A stretch of 64,000 nt of DNA from the human T2T-CHM13v2.0 reference genome, Homo sapiens. The stretch lies in NCBI RefSeq assembly GCF_009914755.1, contig NC_060944.1. One strand, given 5' to 3'. Numbering within the stretch: the stretch's first letter is position 1; the number at the start of each line of letters is the position of its first letter. A program made the position numbers and the translations under genes. Positions 61,088-64,000 of the stretch are shown one piece after another. The notes under the pieces were generated by a model that worked only from the letters and a program-made list of their open reading frames with translations, had not been told where the DNA came from and did not search any database.

Positions 61088-61165
61088 ATGTAGTCCAGCC
61101 GGCAGCTGTGCAAGCTCAAGGGCAGGTGAATGACGAGAACAGAAGACCTCAGAGGAGGCGATCAG
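61088..61165 (+). CDS. LSM14B: LSM14B exon 5 (78 nt, skippable in frame)
   Basis: DVVQPAAVQAQGQVNDENRRPQRRRS; pyrimidine tract + tag|, donor CAG|gtaaca. Confidence 0.9.
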
Positions 61166-61398
61166 GTAACACCTGTTGCCACTTGATTTCTGGGGACCAC
61201 GAGTGATCAGGCTGAGCTCTGCTTGCCCTCCTGCCTGCTTCTCTGGTTGACGGTTTCAGGGGTGCTGGTGTGAAGTCGCTGCTTGTGTGCTCTGTTCCTT
61301 CTGTGGCCTTGGGGGTGTGCCTGGAAATTCCTTGTGAGGTGTTTGAGATCACTGGGTTGGTGACCTACTTCAGCCAGGGCTGTCCTTTGTCCTCACAG

Positions 61399-61560
61399 GA
61401 AACAGGCGAACAAGGAATCGCTCCAGAGGGCAAAACCGTCCAACTAACGTTAAGGAAAACACAATCAAATTTGAGGGTGACTTTGATTTCGAGAGTGCAA
61501 ATGCCCAGTTCAACCGAGAGGAGCTTGACAAAGAATTTAAGAAGAAACTGAATTTTAAAG
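61399..61560 (+). CDS. LSM14B: LSM14B exon 6 (FDF motif)
   Basis: [54 protein letters not shown]; cag| and G|gtttgg; 162 nt. Confidence 0.96.
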
Positions 61561-61617
61561 GTTTGGCTCATTATATGAAAATTATTCTCTGCACAGGAGT
61601 ACCCCTAGAGAGTGTTA

Positions 61618-61983
<366 letters not shown>

Positions 61984-62224
61984 TTAATGAAGTGAGGTGC
62001 TGGGAGGTGTGAAAATGGGTGGGATAAGGTGCAGACTGCACAGCCCAGACGGCAGAACGAGACCTGTACTTAGAAGGTAGAAGAAGAGATTTCTGCTTTG
62101 CACAAGGCATAGTTGATGTCTTAGCTTGAGGGTGGCTTCCGAGTGAGCCCGGAGGGACCACCCTGCTAAAAGGCTGTGCGCTCTGCCCCTCCTCCATCTC
62201 CACGTGTTCTGCTTCTTTTTGTAG

Positions 62225-62375
62225 ATGACAAGGCTGAGAAGGGGGAAGAGAAGGACCTGGCTGTGGTGACCCAGAGTGCCGAAGCGCCCGCTGAGGAAGA
62301 CCTTCTGGGGCCCAACTGCTACTATGACAAATCCAAGTCGTTCTTCGACAACATCTCTTCTGAACTCAAGACCAG
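62225..62375 (+). CDS. LSM14B: LSM14B exon 7 (FFD box); gene continues beyond the window
   Basis: [50 protein letters not shown]; tag| and AG|gtgaga; 151 nt. Confidence 0.96.
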
Positions 62376-63159
62376 GTGAGAGGCTGAATGAATGAGGGGA
62401 GGACAGTCCTCCAATCTAGAAAGGACAGGGCTGAGGGCTCTCAACCTGAGGGCAGAGCTGGACTCTGAGGCTCAGGGTAGCTGTTCTAGGGTCCTGCTTG
62501 CGTTTCTGCATGATGGGTGCCGGAGTCCCAGCAGGTTGCGTGTGGGAAGCCTCTTGGGGATCCCGACCCGAGGAGTTGGCTGAGGTCGAGCCTGTTTCCT
62601 CTTGGCTTTGCTGCCCTGTCCCCACAAAGGCTGGGCTGCACCGCCCCCGCCGGCAGACCCGTGTCCACATTCAGCATACCTCACGGTGCTCTGCTTGCTG
62701 GTCCCGCTGGCCTGGCAGCCTGAGGTCCTTGCTTTGCAGCCTGAGGTATGGCTAGAACGTGCTCACACTGGCTTTCCTTCACTTCATTGTTTGAGGCCAG
62801 GGACCATGTGGTGTGTTTTATTTTTCACACCTAACAGCTGGTCAGAAGTCCCGCGAAGCACCCTAGGGAGTGGGTGGCATCTACAGTGTGGGCCTGGCTT
62901 GGAAACTTGGGCCCATTTGTCCTGCAGATTGAGCGCCAGACATGCCGCGGGGCGTTGAGGGGGCCTCAGAAGGCAGGCTGGAGAGCGCCACCTCTTCAGG
63001 TTCATGTTCTGCCAGGGGAAAAATAGAACAGCATGTCGTGAAGGCCAGGCAGTGAGGGCGATGGGATGGGGCTGTAACTCGATGGGAAGTGGATGATCAG
63101 TTCTCACAGGCAGAGCAGGCTGCGCAGATGAGTGCGGGAAGTGCTTCCAGACAGGCCGA

Positions 63160-63600
63160 GTCTGGGGGATGGGTTCCTGTAGGGTTTTGTAGGGCATGGC
63201 AGTGACTTTGGCTTTTGTTCCAAGTGCCGCGGGAAGCCATCAGAGGGTTTTGTGCTGAAGCGTGGTGCGGTCTGATGTTTTACGGCGTCCTTGGTGAGAG
63301 TGGTTGGACGGTGGGCAAGTGTGGCTGCTGACTGGCCAGTTAGGGGCCAGTGCTGCAGCACAGGTGGCTTGGAACCAGGCAGTGGTGGTGACAGAGGGAA
63401 GGAGTAGAGTCTAAATGTGTCTTGAAGGTGGCGCTAACAGAATTGGCCAACATGACAAGAGAAGAGTCCAGAATGACTCCTAAGTCTTTTGGCCTGGGCG
63501 GCTGATGGGTGGAGTTGCTGTTTCTTTGAACACGGAAGTCTGTGGGAGCAGCAGGTTTCCGGCTGAAGAGGAGCTCAGGGTGGGTGTGCTGCTGGAGCTG
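63160..63600 (-). mobile_element. L2 LINE remnant in LSM14B intron 7
   Basis: gactttggcttttg...gggaagccatcagagggtttt...gaagagtccagaatgactcctaag is typical antisense L2 text. Confidence 0.65.
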
Positions 63601-64000
63601 TTGTCTGCGTCGGTAGGAGTGCTGGGTGGGAGTGCTGGGTGCACAGTTGGATGTGGGAGATAGTCTCCCACCAGCAGCTTGTTTGGGTGGCATGAGTGTC
63701 CATGCTGTATCCCTGTCTTTCAAACTCCCAAAGCAGAAGCATCACATTCCAGGGAACTTGTTCCATCTATCCTAGCCCCCTCCTTGTCTAGGAGGGTCCA
63801 CTTCATGGTCCGGTCTCAGGTCTCCTGGGCCCCTGGGCCTCCCCAGGGCTCCTCTCTGTGCCCAGCGAGCAACAGCGGCTGCCTTGGTAGCCAACTAGTA
63901 TCACTGCTTGCCTGTGGTGCCAGAGATGGTAGAGATGGATCCCGATCCCCGGCCCACTGTGGAGACAGTCCTGGTTGGAAACGTGGCAGGGAGCACCTGC

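Overview
This is primate (very likely human) genomic DNA. The last ~11 kb hold the CpG-island promoter and the first seven constitutive coding exons of LSM14B on the + strand (Lsm domain, linker, FDF and FFD boxes). The TFG-box exon and stop codon lie beyond the window. From memory this is the 20q13.33 interval between TAF4 and LSM14B; TAF4 itself is not visible here. The first ~52 kb are non-coding and repeat-rich: roughly 55-60 Alu copies by eye, L1 fragments, ERV-L/MaLR LTR elements, a Tigger3 DNA transposon, a 32-36 bp VNTR and microsatellites. Nearly all long ORFs in the track are repeat or GC artefacts. I see no novel protein-coding system. The most striking structure is a 667-bp inverted duplication (10550-11216 / 13371-14037) with ~580 bp of perfect identity, flanking a 2.15-kb spacer. 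Split repeat junctions suggest the spacer is flipped relative to its ancestral orientation and that a complex template-switch event created the arms, so it is a candidate recurrent polymorphic inversion. Two more short-range duplications, candidate LSM14B cassette/poison exons and several regulatory oddities are also reported. Repeat subfamily calls are by eye and unverified.
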